Positions 40,252 through 49,323 of a stretch of DNA of 64,000 nucleotides are shown one piece after another. The notes under the pieces are model-generated. The model worked only from the letters and a program-made list of their open reading frames with translations. It was not told the DNA's origin and did not search any database. This DNA comes from an uncultured virus (IMG/VR IMGVR_UViG_3300019776_000649). Taxonomy: Duplodnaviria > Heunggongvirae > Uroviricota > Caudoviricetes. The position numbers and the translations under genes were made by a program. The DNA is taken from IMG/VR virus record IMGVR_UViG_3300019776_000649; one strand, given 5' to 3'. Each line of letters begins with the position of its first letter. Position 1 is the stretch's first letter.

Positions 40252-42021
40252 CTACATCAGGCGTCTGGATGGTTTTCGTCGATCTGCATCGGCAAGCTCC
40301 CGTACCCGGCGCTCTGCCTTCTCTCCTGTAAGAGGCCCCGTAACAATCTCCTTGAGTGAGCCAGCAGTGGGAGGTCGGCGATAGGCTCGTACAGGCTCAG
40401 TCATGCGAAGACCCGCATCCACAATAAGCCCGTCGCCAAGCCCAACCACCTTGCCGCCATCTGTGCGAATAGGCATCCTCATGGTGACAGCGGTCGGTGT
40501 GCAGAAAGCGAGGTTGAGCGCGTCCATATCGTCTGGCGATCTCTTGAGGCGCTTGCGAGTGATGTCCTTGGACTCCACCTCTCGGCCACGCCCAGTGATA
40601 CGGTATTTTGGCCCCATCGCCTGAGCGCGGAGCTTGTTTAGTGCCTCTTGTGGAAGCCGGGAAAGATCGAGCTGACCGCGATCAGCCATCTCAGCCGTCA
40701 CGAACCAGACTTCAGACCTGGAGTTCGGGTACAGCTCTGGCTCCATAGGCTCAGAATGGCCAGACTTCGTGACCACATTCCAGCCAGCAAAGTAGTCCAG
40801 GGTAGCGTTTCCAGTGGCATCATGGTCAAGGACAATCAAGACTCTTTTTGGATCTTCGCCGACATAGTTGCTCAGGTGAGAAAAATGCCGGTTGCGCTCC
40901 TTGACCAGCTTCAGGATCGCGTCTTTAATGCCCTGAGCGATCTGCGGAGGACGCCACCCGTTGTGAGTCTCCCAGTGAAGTGCAGCAGGACCACGGCGAC
41001 CAACTATCGAGGTGTAATCGTTACCAGACCAAGCCACGTCGCAACCGATCTGAATCGGCTTGTCGATCCACTGGTTCTCCGGGATGGGAAGGTACAGCTC
41101 AGTGTCGTGGCGTACAGCGGCCTTCCATGTGGCATCCGTCCAGATGGACTCAGCCGAGTTGGATGCCCAGCGACCCAGCACACGGGTCTCCATCATCGAG
41201 CCTGGACGATAGCACCTGGGATTGTCCAGGTCTCTGTGGCCCATCTCGTCCGGGAGTGCCCAGAAGATGTCGCTGGCCCTACGATCCCTCGGATCAATCT
41301 CCTCGGCGTAGCGGCGAACCATACCGTCGATGTACTGACAGGCAACAGCGCCAGGATAGGGGATAGGTAGTCCATGAAGCTCGGCGTGGATGTTGGGGTG
41401 ATCCATCGCGTTGATGTCCATCACATACCACTCGCCAGACAGAACCTCCTGGTACATGCGACTTGTGTTGTCGGTTGGGTTGAAGATGCAGAGCCACCAA
41501 CAGCCGTCTTCGCCCGTCATCATTCCTTCGGCGGCGTCGAAGAACTCTCCAGCGACACGAACAGCCTCATCAAAGACGATCCCGATATGCTCCGCGTGAC
41601 GCCCCTGGAAGGCATCACCGCGCCGTGCAGTCATTCCAACGGCGAAATGGCCTGGATTGCTCTCCATGCGCGGGGCTGAAGGCTTCAGGTCGTTGTGACC
41701 ACCGCGCTCTCCACGCTGGAGCCGAATCTCTTTCCAGAGGATGTCAACTACCTGCTGCTGGGTGGGAGCTGTCGTGATGGTGATCCCAGGATCAAACGAA
41801 TCGTAATGCCAATTGACAAGTCCCGCCGCGAAAAAGCTCTTGCCTACGGCGTGGCTGGCTTGGACAGCGACCTTGGGATTTTTCTGAATCGCCAGCGCAA
41901 TGTGAATCTGCCTTTTCCACCACTTGACCTTCAGCACTTGCTGTGCATACAGGCTCGGGGACTTCCGGTACGCCTGAAGGAGGAGGGCGTACATCTCCTC
42001 TTCGGACATCCCTGCTTCCAT
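40252..42021 (-). CDS. terL: Terminase large subunit
   Basis: Walker A SHAVGKS, VFDEA, NP motif; nuclease motifs GCDVA and SPDDMDAL. Confidence 0.92.
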   Translation of the reverse strand: MEAGMSEEEMYALLLQAYRKSPSLYAQQVLKVKWWKRQIHIALAIQKNPKVAVQASHAVGKSFFAAGLVNWHYDSFDPGITITTAPTQQQVVDILWKEIRLQRGERGGHNDLKPSAPRMESNPGHFAVGMTARRGDAFQGRHAEHIGIVFDEAVRVAGEFFDAAEGMMTGEDGCWWLCIFNPTDNTSRMYQEVLSGEWYVMDINAMDHPNIHAELHGLPIPYPGAVACQYIDGMVRRYAEEIDPRDRRASDIFWALPDEMGHRDLDNPRCYRPGSMMETRVLGRWASNSAESIWTDATWKAAVRHDTELYLPIPENQWIDKPIQIGCDVAWSGNDYTSIVGRRGPAALHWETHNGWRPPQIAQGIKDAILKLVKERNRHFSHLSNYVGEDPKRVLIVLDHDATGNATLDYFAGWNVVTKSGHSEPMEPELYPNSRSEVWFVTAEMADRGQLDLSRLPQEALNKLRAQAMGPKYRITGRGREVESKDITRKRLKRSPDDMDALNLAFCTPTAVTMRMPIRTDGGKVVGLGDGLIVDAGLRMTEPVRAYRRPPTAGSLKEIVTGPLTGEKAERRVRELADADRRKPSRRLM

Positions 42022-42145
42022 TGTAAGTCCTCCATTTCATTTAGTTTGGTGCTTGCATTTGTTGACCAAGCGATTAAATTCAATAAAGTTGTGTCATGGT
42101 GATTTTTACAGGTTATTTATTTTCGTGAATAACCGAAACTGCGCT

Positions 42146-42295
42146 ATGGCAAAAGTAAAACGCAGTGGAATCAAAAAGGGCAAAATGTCTGGTCTAGTAA
42201 CTCGTGCTTGGAGTGGGCACACTTCCTGGGCACCAAACTTGAAAAAGAACAATCCCAAGCCTCTACCGGGTTCATTTGAGAATGGCAAGAAATGA
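42146..42295 (+). CDS. Small basic peptide, antisense to the late operon (moron-like)
   Basis: 49 aa K-rich ORF in an AT-rich patch right after a 53-bp element. Confidence 0.4.
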   Translation: MAKVKRSGIKKGKMSGLVTRAWSGHTSWAPNLKKNNPKPLPGSFENGKK

Positions 42296-42356
42296 TTCTT
42301 CTAGCGAGGAGGCTCGTTATTGACTTCTAAAAATCAAGAACGAGCCGTAACTCAGC

Positions 42357-42647
42357 CTAGAAGCGCCAGCCAGAAATGTCCTTCTCAGCACGAAGAAGGA
42401 TTTTGTCTGCCTTATCCGCAGGAGCCCCAGCGAGGTCTCGCAGATTCAGGCCGACGATCAGAGGAGCAACGAAAGCCGTGATCAGGGGATTGAGTTTCAC
42501 CGCAACCAGAAGATGGTCAACATCCTGTTGCTTGACAACATACCCCTTCAAGACTTCCTGGCGGATATGCTCAACGAATCCGATCAACTGCTTCTTCACT
42601 GGCTCAAGAACCGCGTTCTGAGCAGCTTTCTTCAAGTCGAATTTCAT
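42357..42647 (-). CDS. Hypothetical protein
   Basis: 96 aa with RBS AAGGA. Confidence 0.7.
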   Translation of the reverse strand: MKFDLKKAAQNAVLEPVKKQLIGFVEHIRQEVLKGYVVKQQDVDHLLVAVKLNPLITAFVAPLIVGLNLRDLAGAPADKADKILLRAEKDISGWRF

Positions 42648-42675
42648 AGTGTGATTTCCTTTCTTCAGAGTGGGA

Positions 42676-42885
42676 TGGAGCTACCAAGCTCCAGTGGCTA
42701 CCGAACGCTGTTCATTGCGGAGCTACGAAGCTCTGCGTTGTGAGGAGGAGCCCTGAGTGCCTGCCCCCATACACTTGGGGCTCCACTCCTCACCGTCCCT
42801 TATCAACCGCACACCGGTAGATTGGTCTACTGGTGGGGAACCGGGACACCTGTCGAAGGATTGTGCGAATGACCGATCCTTCGCT
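42676..42885 (+). ncRNA. Candidate structured antisense RNA B
   Basis: Five consecutive hairpins; the non-canonical pairs are G-U on the + strand. Confidence 0.4.
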
Positions 42886-42895
42886 ACCTTCGCGG

Positions 42896-43576
42896 CTATA
42901 TGCCTGGGCCTCCTATGGAGGGTGGCAATTCGTCTATCTCAAGCACCTCTGCGTCGATGATGGATGCGGCTTGCTTCAGGCGCTCGGCCAGCGACATGCC
43001 CTCATTCACTTCAATGCCAACACGCTTGAGGTTGATGTTGTTCTGAGTGACCTGTGCGTTGATCTGCACCTCAGGTCCCTTTTTTTCGTCCACGAGATTG
43101 CCAATGTCGCTCAGCGTTTCGCGGAACTCGCGCACCAGTGAAGCCTGAGCAATTTTGTTAACCCCAGGTCCGTTCTTGATCCGAAGAGCACCAGTCAACT
43201 GGTCAGTCTCGGTCAGTTCTGACTTAAGAAGCTGGGCCATCTCAGCCAGCTCCTTGACTCGCCGTTCCTTGGCTGCGAGACCGGACTGAAGCGCCTCAGT
43301 ATCTCGACGACCCAGCATGGTCAGGACATCAGGACGTTTGCGCCAGTAGGAGACAGCCCTCTCCGTGTAGGAGAGAACATGCCCATCTTCGATCAGTATT
43401 TTCACGATGTCTCGGTTGGTGTGACCAGAGACGATCAGCTCCTTGATACGCTGCTCTCCCAGGTCGGTGAGCTTTGCGGTTGGCGGCTTTCTGTCTGGAA
43501 CTGAGCCTGTCTCCAGGTCTATCTCTGCGGTGCCGTCGCTTTGCTTTTTGGGTTTTGTGGGGGCAAGTTCACTCAT
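42896..43576 (-). CDS. Probable terminase small subunit
   Basis: N-terminal HTH-like region then coiled coil; upstream of terL; ATG lies inside a 53-bp element. Confidence 0.55.
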   Translation of the reverse strand: MSELAPTKPKKQSDGTAEIDLETGSVPDRKPPTAKLTDLGEQRIKELIVSGHTNRDIVKILIEDGHVLSYTERAVSYWRKRPDVLTMLGRRDTEALQSGLAAKERRVKELAEMAQLLKSELTETDQLTGALRIKNGPGVNKIAQASLVREFRETLSDIGNLVDEKKGPEVQINAQVTQNNINLKRVGIEVNEGMSLAERLKQAASIIDAEVLEIDELPPSIGGPGI

Positions 43577-43708
43577 TTGATTTAATCGTTTGCTCCGTAT
43601 AGGCTCGTCAGCGAATAAATCAAATAGATCGCCGCACCTTTACCCCATTGGTTGCCAGGTCGGACGCAGAGAACAATAAGGTGCGACACTGCACCTTCTC
43701 CCGATGAA

Positions 43709-44023
43709 CTACACACTGGCTTCCATCTCCATCTGGTGAAGAACATTGCGCTGCGCCTGCTTGAATCTCGATGAGCTTCTAGCCTCACGGAGGTTTGGCC
43801 CAATGGTCTCCATTCGGTTGATGAAGTTGCCATCGGCATCCTGGGCTTCACCAGCTATCTGGGCCAGCTCTTCCAAATCCAAGCTGGACATGCAGGACTT
43901 GATGTCTCGGAATCGACCACCAGCTTGTCTGGCCAGTCTCCCGATTTCACGTTCGGTCTCTACGATCTGGGGCTCTTCCAGTGCTTGACGCACCTTATTC
44001 AGGTCTTCAAAGAATCGTTTCAT
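43709..44023 (-). CDS. Hypothetical protein, first late-strand gene
   Basis: 104 aa with RBS GAGGAG. Confidence 0.7.
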   Translation of the reverse strand: MKRFFEDLNKVRQALEEPQIVETEREIGRLARQAGGRFRDIKSCMSSLDLEELAQIAGEAQDADGNFINRMETIGPNLREARSSSRFKQAQRNVLHQMEMEASV

Positions 44024-44038
44024 GAGTTACTCCTCAGC

Positions 44039-44077
44039 AAAAAAAAGAACCACCTTCATGGCGGTGAAGGTGGTTCT
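44039..44077 (-). terminator. Strong intrinsic terminator directly upstream of the first late gene
   Basis: 13-bp stem AGAACCACCTTCA/TGAAGGTGGTTCT plus U tract on the - strand. Confidence 0.8.
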
Positions 44078-45142
44078 GGAGGTTTCTCACGAAAGAAACT
44101 CGTTATGTCGTCTCGCACTTGTCATTAAAGCCAACCCCTCTTCGGGTCTTTACAGACAAGTAGAAATATTTTCACTGGGTAATTGTGGTTCGTCGGGAAG
44201 AGTGGCATGTATGTATGCGTGACTCTCTCCGTAGTCTCCTGGTAACAACAGTAATGTGAGTGCGGCGAAGCCCGCACGACTGAGGAACGAAGGAGGAGGA
44301 CTGGAGCCGCGACTGATTCTCAGTCATAGACCAAAGGTCGTTATCTCAAAACAGTTCTTGACCACAACAGCCTTATAACAGTATTGTTATTACTAAATTT
44401 TGTTATTGAAAAGATAACATTCATTACATTGATCTTTAGATATATGTCCCCGTAGAAGATTAGAAGATAAATATTAGATAATTCTTTACAGGGGATTTTT
44501 ACACGGGAAGTTTGGATGTATCGCTCAGGATAGTACCCTTCCCCTACCCAGCACTCCTACCAGCAAACAAAACCGGAGGGGGGCTTTTTGAGACGAGTCT
44601 GTTTGCTGTCCTTTGTAACAGGGTGAAACACTAATTCCCCTCTACAATCCCTTCCGATCTGTCAAAAACTGTTCACCCTGGTAACTGTTTGCTCTGTGAA
44701 TTGTTGACAGTTAAAAATATGTCTACACACAAATACTAATAGTTATAGTCACTACTACTACTATAATTATAAATACTGTTCTAGTCACAGTACCTTTGTC
44801 TCAATAAAGTCTCTATCTTTTAAGTACCTTTACCAGTGTCGGTAGAGGGGAAAAAGATTCAAGAGAGATTTCTCCTGTTAACAATACCAGAGTTAATAAC
44901 TGTCAATTATTATTAACTGCGTTACATATCAATATTTATCAATAAATCCCTAAATACTATAAATAACTATTAATAAGACACACTATTTTGTGTGTTCATA
45001 CAGTATACGCGCAAAAGCCCTCTTTCCCTTCGTCGTAGTATGCCGATCTGCCCTGAGGGGTGGTGAGAGCAAGAGTAGAGCGAGGGCACCAAACTTCCCC
45101 TCTTGACTCCTCTTCAATAATCGAACCACAAAAGTATCTTAG

Positions 45143-45530
45143 CACAATTACTAGCAATAGTTGTGACAAAGGGTAGGACTGTGCCTCAGTAGATAGCCCA
45201 TGAAAGGCGGCTATCGGTAGGTGACAGGCAAGCAAGGCTGTCGCTAGTCTCCGAGAGGGGGCGGTGCGTCAACATCGGGGGGAACCTTTGTCCCCGGTGG
45301 AGGGTGAACCTAATCACCCGAACCCTTCCGGGCTGAAGAGCGTCCGGCGTATCCCTAGAGGATAGTGTGAGTACGGGTAGCAAACGGCATGACTTGTCTG
45401 TCAGAGGCTATCACCTTCGGGAAGGAACGCTAGGGGGCAGTGTTGCCTCGTCTCCTTGAAAAACCTATCGAATGGATAGGGATACGAAACACTTACCTAC
45501 CCTTTGGAAGGGGTCTGGCTTGCCAGACGG
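45143..45530 (+). ncRNA. Candidate large structured ncRNA C / leader RNA
   Basis: 10-bp closing helix 45168-45177/45496-45505 with at least 9 internal hairpins; G-U pairs favour the + strand. Confidence 0.6.
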
Positions 45531-45569
45531 CGTAAGAATCGTGCGAGGAACAACTATCTAGGAACCACT

Positions 45570-45725
45570 ATGTCTATCGGAACAACATTCACGCTCACCC
45601 TGACTGACCACCGTCTGTCGGGCCATCGGCTTGTCTGCACTGACAACTCCTATGGCTTTGTTGAGTGCCATGCCCTGGGGTACCGATGGCTCTTTGTCGA
45701 AGGAGAGTACCATGTCTGCCCCTAA
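45570..45725 (+). CDS. Small hypothetical protein
   Basis: 51 aa with AGGA RBS; overlaps the next start. Confidence 0.45.
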   Translation: MSIGTTFTLTLTDHRLSGHRLVCTDNSYGFVECHALGYRWLFVEGEYHVCP

Positions 45726-46110
45726 GAACATACCTGCTAAGCGTAAGCGATCTGAACACTACATCGGCTTGTCCACTGAGGCAAAGGCCGATATTCGCCT
45801 GTCTGAGAACTATCAGAGGGCGAACTCTGCCAAAAGCGTGAACTCTGGCTCCTTTGCCAAGGGTCAGCTCTTGAACCGTAACGCCACGTTCCAACGGCGA
45901 CCTACCCTTAACTACGACGCCAAGCAGGAGAACCGTCGCACCAACTCCATGACCAACTATGCCGGGATGATTGCGGAGGAGGTGCGTCTCGATGCCCTCG
46001 CTACTCGCTACCCCAACGACAAGGCTATCGCTGGCAAACTACGCAAAATCCGCACTACCCTTGCCACTGTGCAGGGACTGACTATCGCTAATCTCAGCTT
46101 GAAAGGCTAA
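45712..46110 (+). CDS. Basic hypothetical protein
   Basis: RBS AAGGAG. Confidence 0.7.
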   Translation: MSAPKNIPAKRKRSEHYIGLSTEAKADIRLSENYQRANSAKSVNSGSFAKGQLLNRNATFQRRPTLNYDAKQENRRTNSMTNYAGMIAEEVRLDALATRYPNDKAIAGKLRKIRTTLATVQGLTIANLSLKG

Positions 46111-46114
46111 TTCC

Positions 46115-46846
46115 ATGACTGCAACTCTTGAAACCGCTATCGCTCCTGTTGTCGCAGAGGGCGCTAACCCCTCGTCTGTCGCCGCTATCATCGCCGCCAA
46201 GATCGGCACTCCTACCCCTGCTGCTAAGAAGCCCCGTGCTCCTCGTGCCAAGAAGGGCGATACTGTCAACACCAACGGCGCTCTGCTGGTCACTCCCACC
46301 GAGGTTGTCACTGCTACCCCTGCTCCTACTGGTGTCGCAACCAAGGGGCAGTTCTCCCTTCGTCCCGGCTCGGTGATTGACGCTGACAAGGCACGTCGCA
46401 ACCTTGACGAAGTGTTCCGTCTGATCGACGAGGGCAAGCCACGTAACGAGATTCGCAAGACCGAGGCACACAAGGCTCTGACCGGCCTTGCTCGGAAGAT
46501 CGGCTATGTCGAGGCACAGAAGGCCGTCTCTGAGGCTGAGCGCATGGCTCACCTTCGGGACGAGTATGCCGACCAGATCGAAGACAGCCGTGAGGAGTTC
46601 CGCCGCATCGTCAACACTAAAGCTCAGGAGGCTAAAGCGTCCAAGAACGGCGGTGAGTTCGCTCTGACCATGACCCTTCGTCCTGGTGACGCTACCCCGA
46701 CAATCGAGGAGCATGATACCGATGGCTCCGCCGCGACCGAGTTCATGAACCTCAAGAAGGCCGCTCAGTCCGGTCGCCTCACTGTCTGTGGGATCATGTT
46801 CGCCGTGGTTTACAAAGACGGGTTCTCCAAGGTCGTGACGCTCTAG
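46115..46846 (+). CDS. Hypothetical protein with Ala/Lys/Pro-rich N-terminus
   Basis: 243 aa, strongly biased codon use, followed by a terminator. Confidence 0.8.
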   Translation: MTATLETAIAPVVAEGANPSSVAAIIAAKIGTPTPAAKKPRAPRAKKGDTVNTNGALLVTPTEVVTATPAPTGVATKGQFSLRPGSVIDADKARRNLDEVFRLIDEGKPRNEIRKTEAHKALTGLARKIGYVEAQKAVSEAERMAHLRDEYADQIEDSREEFRRIVNTKAQEAKASKNGGEFALTMTLRPGDATPTIEEHDTDGSAATEFMNLKKAAQSGRLTVCGIMFAVVYKDGFSKVVTL

Positions 46847-46868
46847 TCACCGAGAATCTGTCTCTCTT

Positions 46869-46901
46869 GCCCCTCAGGAAGTGTGTTCTGAGGGGCTTTT
46901 T
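46869..46901 (+). terminator. Intrinsic terminator
   Basis: GCCCCTCAG/CTGAGGGGC plus TTTTT. Confidence 0.85.
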
Positions 46902-47208
46902 CTGTTGAACTGGCTTGTGCAAGTCCCGACCCTGCTCTCTCCGTTTTTACCTCCTACCCCCGCTGGCTCTGGCCGCAAGCTATTGCCCTGACCCGTGAAT
47001 ATCTACGGTGCTCATCTAGCCTCTGCCGCCTCTCAACCTCGGTGGCACGAACGCGAAACGAGATGGACGGATGGCACTGCAAGCCCGGTTCATTTGAATT
47101 AGCTTTCTAATTGGCTATGGGAATGGAGCGAATAAATCAAATGCGGCAAGTGATATGGGGAAACTGACATGGACATTCTGATGTCGGCGAAGCGCACAAA
47201 GGTTGTAA

Positions 47209-47691
47209 ATGTTGGAAGCCTTCACAGCTTTTATGAGGTCAGCGGACTACCCCAAGTCTGGCAAGCCCCAACTTCGGAAAGATGATGAACGGATGAACCT
47301 CGCGCAAATCGAACGCAAGCACGACCGCTTTTTCGAGATACTGCAAGATGATGCTACAACTGCCTTCAAGCAGCAACTTGAACGTATCCGCAATACTGGC
47401 ATACCCGTCACGGGATTGCTCTGCGGTATGGGTGTTATCCACTTCCACGGAGATCGCGTCAAAGGAGTCTGGAACATAGCCCCCGAGTTCCTTGATGACG
47501 ACGAGAACTGGCAGGACATGGAAATGCACTATGCCCTCGAAAAACTGGCCGAAGACCACCGTGAAATGTGGTCGTTTTCATTTCCTGTCAATGCGAAAAC
47601 GCGGAAGCTGGTCTCTGATCTGATCGAGCTGATGCAGTGGTGCATAAACTGTAACGTTTGGCCCAACGACATCACGCTTGATCCTGCGTAG
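47209..47691 (+). CDS. Hypothetical protein
   Basis: ORF between two 53-bp elements; start uncertain. Confidence 0.6.
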   Translation: MLEAFTAFMRSADYPKSGKPQLRKDDERMNLAQIERKHDRFFEILQDDATTAFKQQLERIRNTGIPVTGLLCGMGVIHFHGDRVKGVWNIAPEFLDDDENWQDMEMHYALEKLAEDHREMWSFSFPVNAKTRKLVSDLIELMQWCINCNVWPNDITLDPA

Positions 47692-47805
47692 ACAGCCGCG
47701 TTGGTCTCCCTGCCTCCGTGGGTAAGACCCACAAAATCCCCTGTAAAGAGTCGGCGGTTTCATATAATCGCTCGATTCCCTTGGCCTAGAAAGCGATTAA
47801 ATCAA

Positions 47806-48072
47806 ATGAATCAACCTGCCATCGTGGTTAAATCCACTCAAACGTCTCCTAAAACAGTTTACTGTGTTGCTATCCTTGTTCCTCGGGGGAAGGAAGCATC
47901 GTATCGTGCTAACTCTGTCGTTAATGGATTATCTTACATCGAACGTAATAATTCAAGACATTTTATTATAGACCCAAAGCTAGTCTACAGAAACAGAGGT
48001 ATGGCTGAATCTGCTATGGCATCTCTGTTCAATAGTGGTATTGATGAAACATTCTTCATTGCTGAAGCCTGA
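47806..48072 (+). CDS. AT-rich hypothetical protein (cassette-like)
   Basis: ATG is the end of element 47756-47808; the next element follows at 48107. Confidence 0.55.
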   Translation: MNQPAIVVKSTQTSPKTVYCVAILVPRGKEASYRANSVVNGLSYIERNNSRHFIIDPKLVYRNRGMAESAMASLFNSGIDETFFIAEA

Positions 48073-48246
48073 CATTTTTATATTCTCAAAGTAGAGAATG
48101 ATTATCCATTTGATTTAATCGCTCCGAAGGCTCTCCGATCCGAGCGATTAAACCAAACGTAGTGATTCTTTCCTAGTCATATTCCTTTTTATAACGACCC
48201 TGCTTGACTTTGTTGAGCAGGGTTTTCTCTTTCAAGGAGTTCTGCA

Positions 48247-48627
48247 ATGGGTTATCCCCTTCTTTACATCTTAGCTGGAGCCCTACTTCTGGCTATGGTC
48301 CGTCAACTCAACTACGACCGAAAAGCCAGAGACCTAGCATACAAGTCTGCGGGAAGGAAAATTGGACACTGCCTTTATGGTGGCGCAAACGGCTACCGTG
48401 AGATGGGCATGATCCTCATACAGCCTGAACTCAACTCGCTCTCTAGCGAAACTCCTCACATGGCTGCTTACCAGCTACATCAGACCGTTCAAGTACCAAA
48501 CTGGCCAACTCACCCTCTTCTCCCGGAGAACCGCTACATCTGCGGATGTGCCAGTGATGTTCCTCGCAATGAGCCATGCGAACTCAATGGGCCGTGCGAA
48601 AAGTGCGAGATAACGTCTCGTTTCTGA
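48247..48627 (+). CDS. Hypothetical protein with N-terminal TM and Cys-rich C-terminus
   Basis: RBS AAGGAG. Confidence 0.65.
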   Translation: MGYPLLYILAGALLLAMVRQLNYDRKARDLAYKSAGRKIGHCLYGGANGYREMGMILIQPELNSLSSETPHMAAYQLHQTVQVPNWPTHPLLPENRYICGCASDVPRNEPCELNGPCEKCEITSRF

Positions 48628-48680
48628 TCTTTTGTTGGCTGGGTGTAGTAAACACCTGAGCAAACATACTTTATCCACGA

Positions 48681-49067
48681 ATGAAGGACACAAGTACCAT
48701 GAGAACTTACTTTTTCGGTATTGATCTTGGTGTTAACCACACCTTTGTTTTGCCTCTCTGCTCTCTTTTCAATTTTATTGAAGAGAATGGGGGAGTGGTT
48801 GTTCAAGTTCACTTTGACTACTCGGTTGAAGGTCATCAGTATGAAGTTACGATGCCAGCCCAAAAAGGTGATGCTCTCCATAACAAACTGCATGGTCTCG
48901 ATCTAATGCACGAAGCCCAAGACGAGACTCCTGAGGTGCATAAGTTCATGGTTTGGGATGCTCTGCCTACCAACAGTGATGTTGAGTGCGAAAACGTCTG
49001 CTCAATCGGTGAAAGGCTCGCTATGCTCGGTAAGCCTATGACTCCTGTCTTGGCCGGAGCTATTTGA
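48681..49067 (+). CDS. Hypothetical protein
   Basis: Stop TGA lies in a 53-bp element. Confidence 0.6.
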   Translation: MKDTSTMRTYFFGIDLGVNHTFVLPLCSLFNFIEENGGVVVQVHFDYSVEGHQYEVTMPAQKGDALHNKLHGLDLMHEAQDETPEVHKFMVWDALPTNSDVECENVCSIGERLAMLGKPMTPVLAGAI

Positions 49068-49110
49068 TTTAATCGCCGATTTGACCAAGGCAAGAAAGCG
49101 ACTAAACCAA

Positions 49111-49323
49111 ATGACAGAACAGCAGAAGCTGGAGCTGATCCGAAATGAGCTAACCGCTCTTCGTAACTCCTGCCGAGAAGCCCTAGATGGCACATGGGAT
49201 CACACAACCGCTGAAGGACAAGAGGCATTTGAGCCTATGGCTGATTCGTGCGAAACGATAGCCAAACTTCTCGGGATTGATCTACCTGAGTACGAACCAT
49301 CCGAAGGTGACGACGATGAGTAA
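49111..49323 (+). CDS. Small acidic hypothetical protein
   Basis: ATG is the end of element 49061-49113. Confidence 0.6.
   Translation: MTEQQKLELIRNELTALRNSCREALDGTWDHTTAEGQEAFEPMADSCETIAKLLGIDLPEYEPSEGDDDE

Noticed and set aside
45260..45530. Group II intron, RNase P or tmRNA
   Set aside because: GTGCG is present at 45264, but there is no domain V, no GAGGAAAGTCC and no tRNA-like ends.
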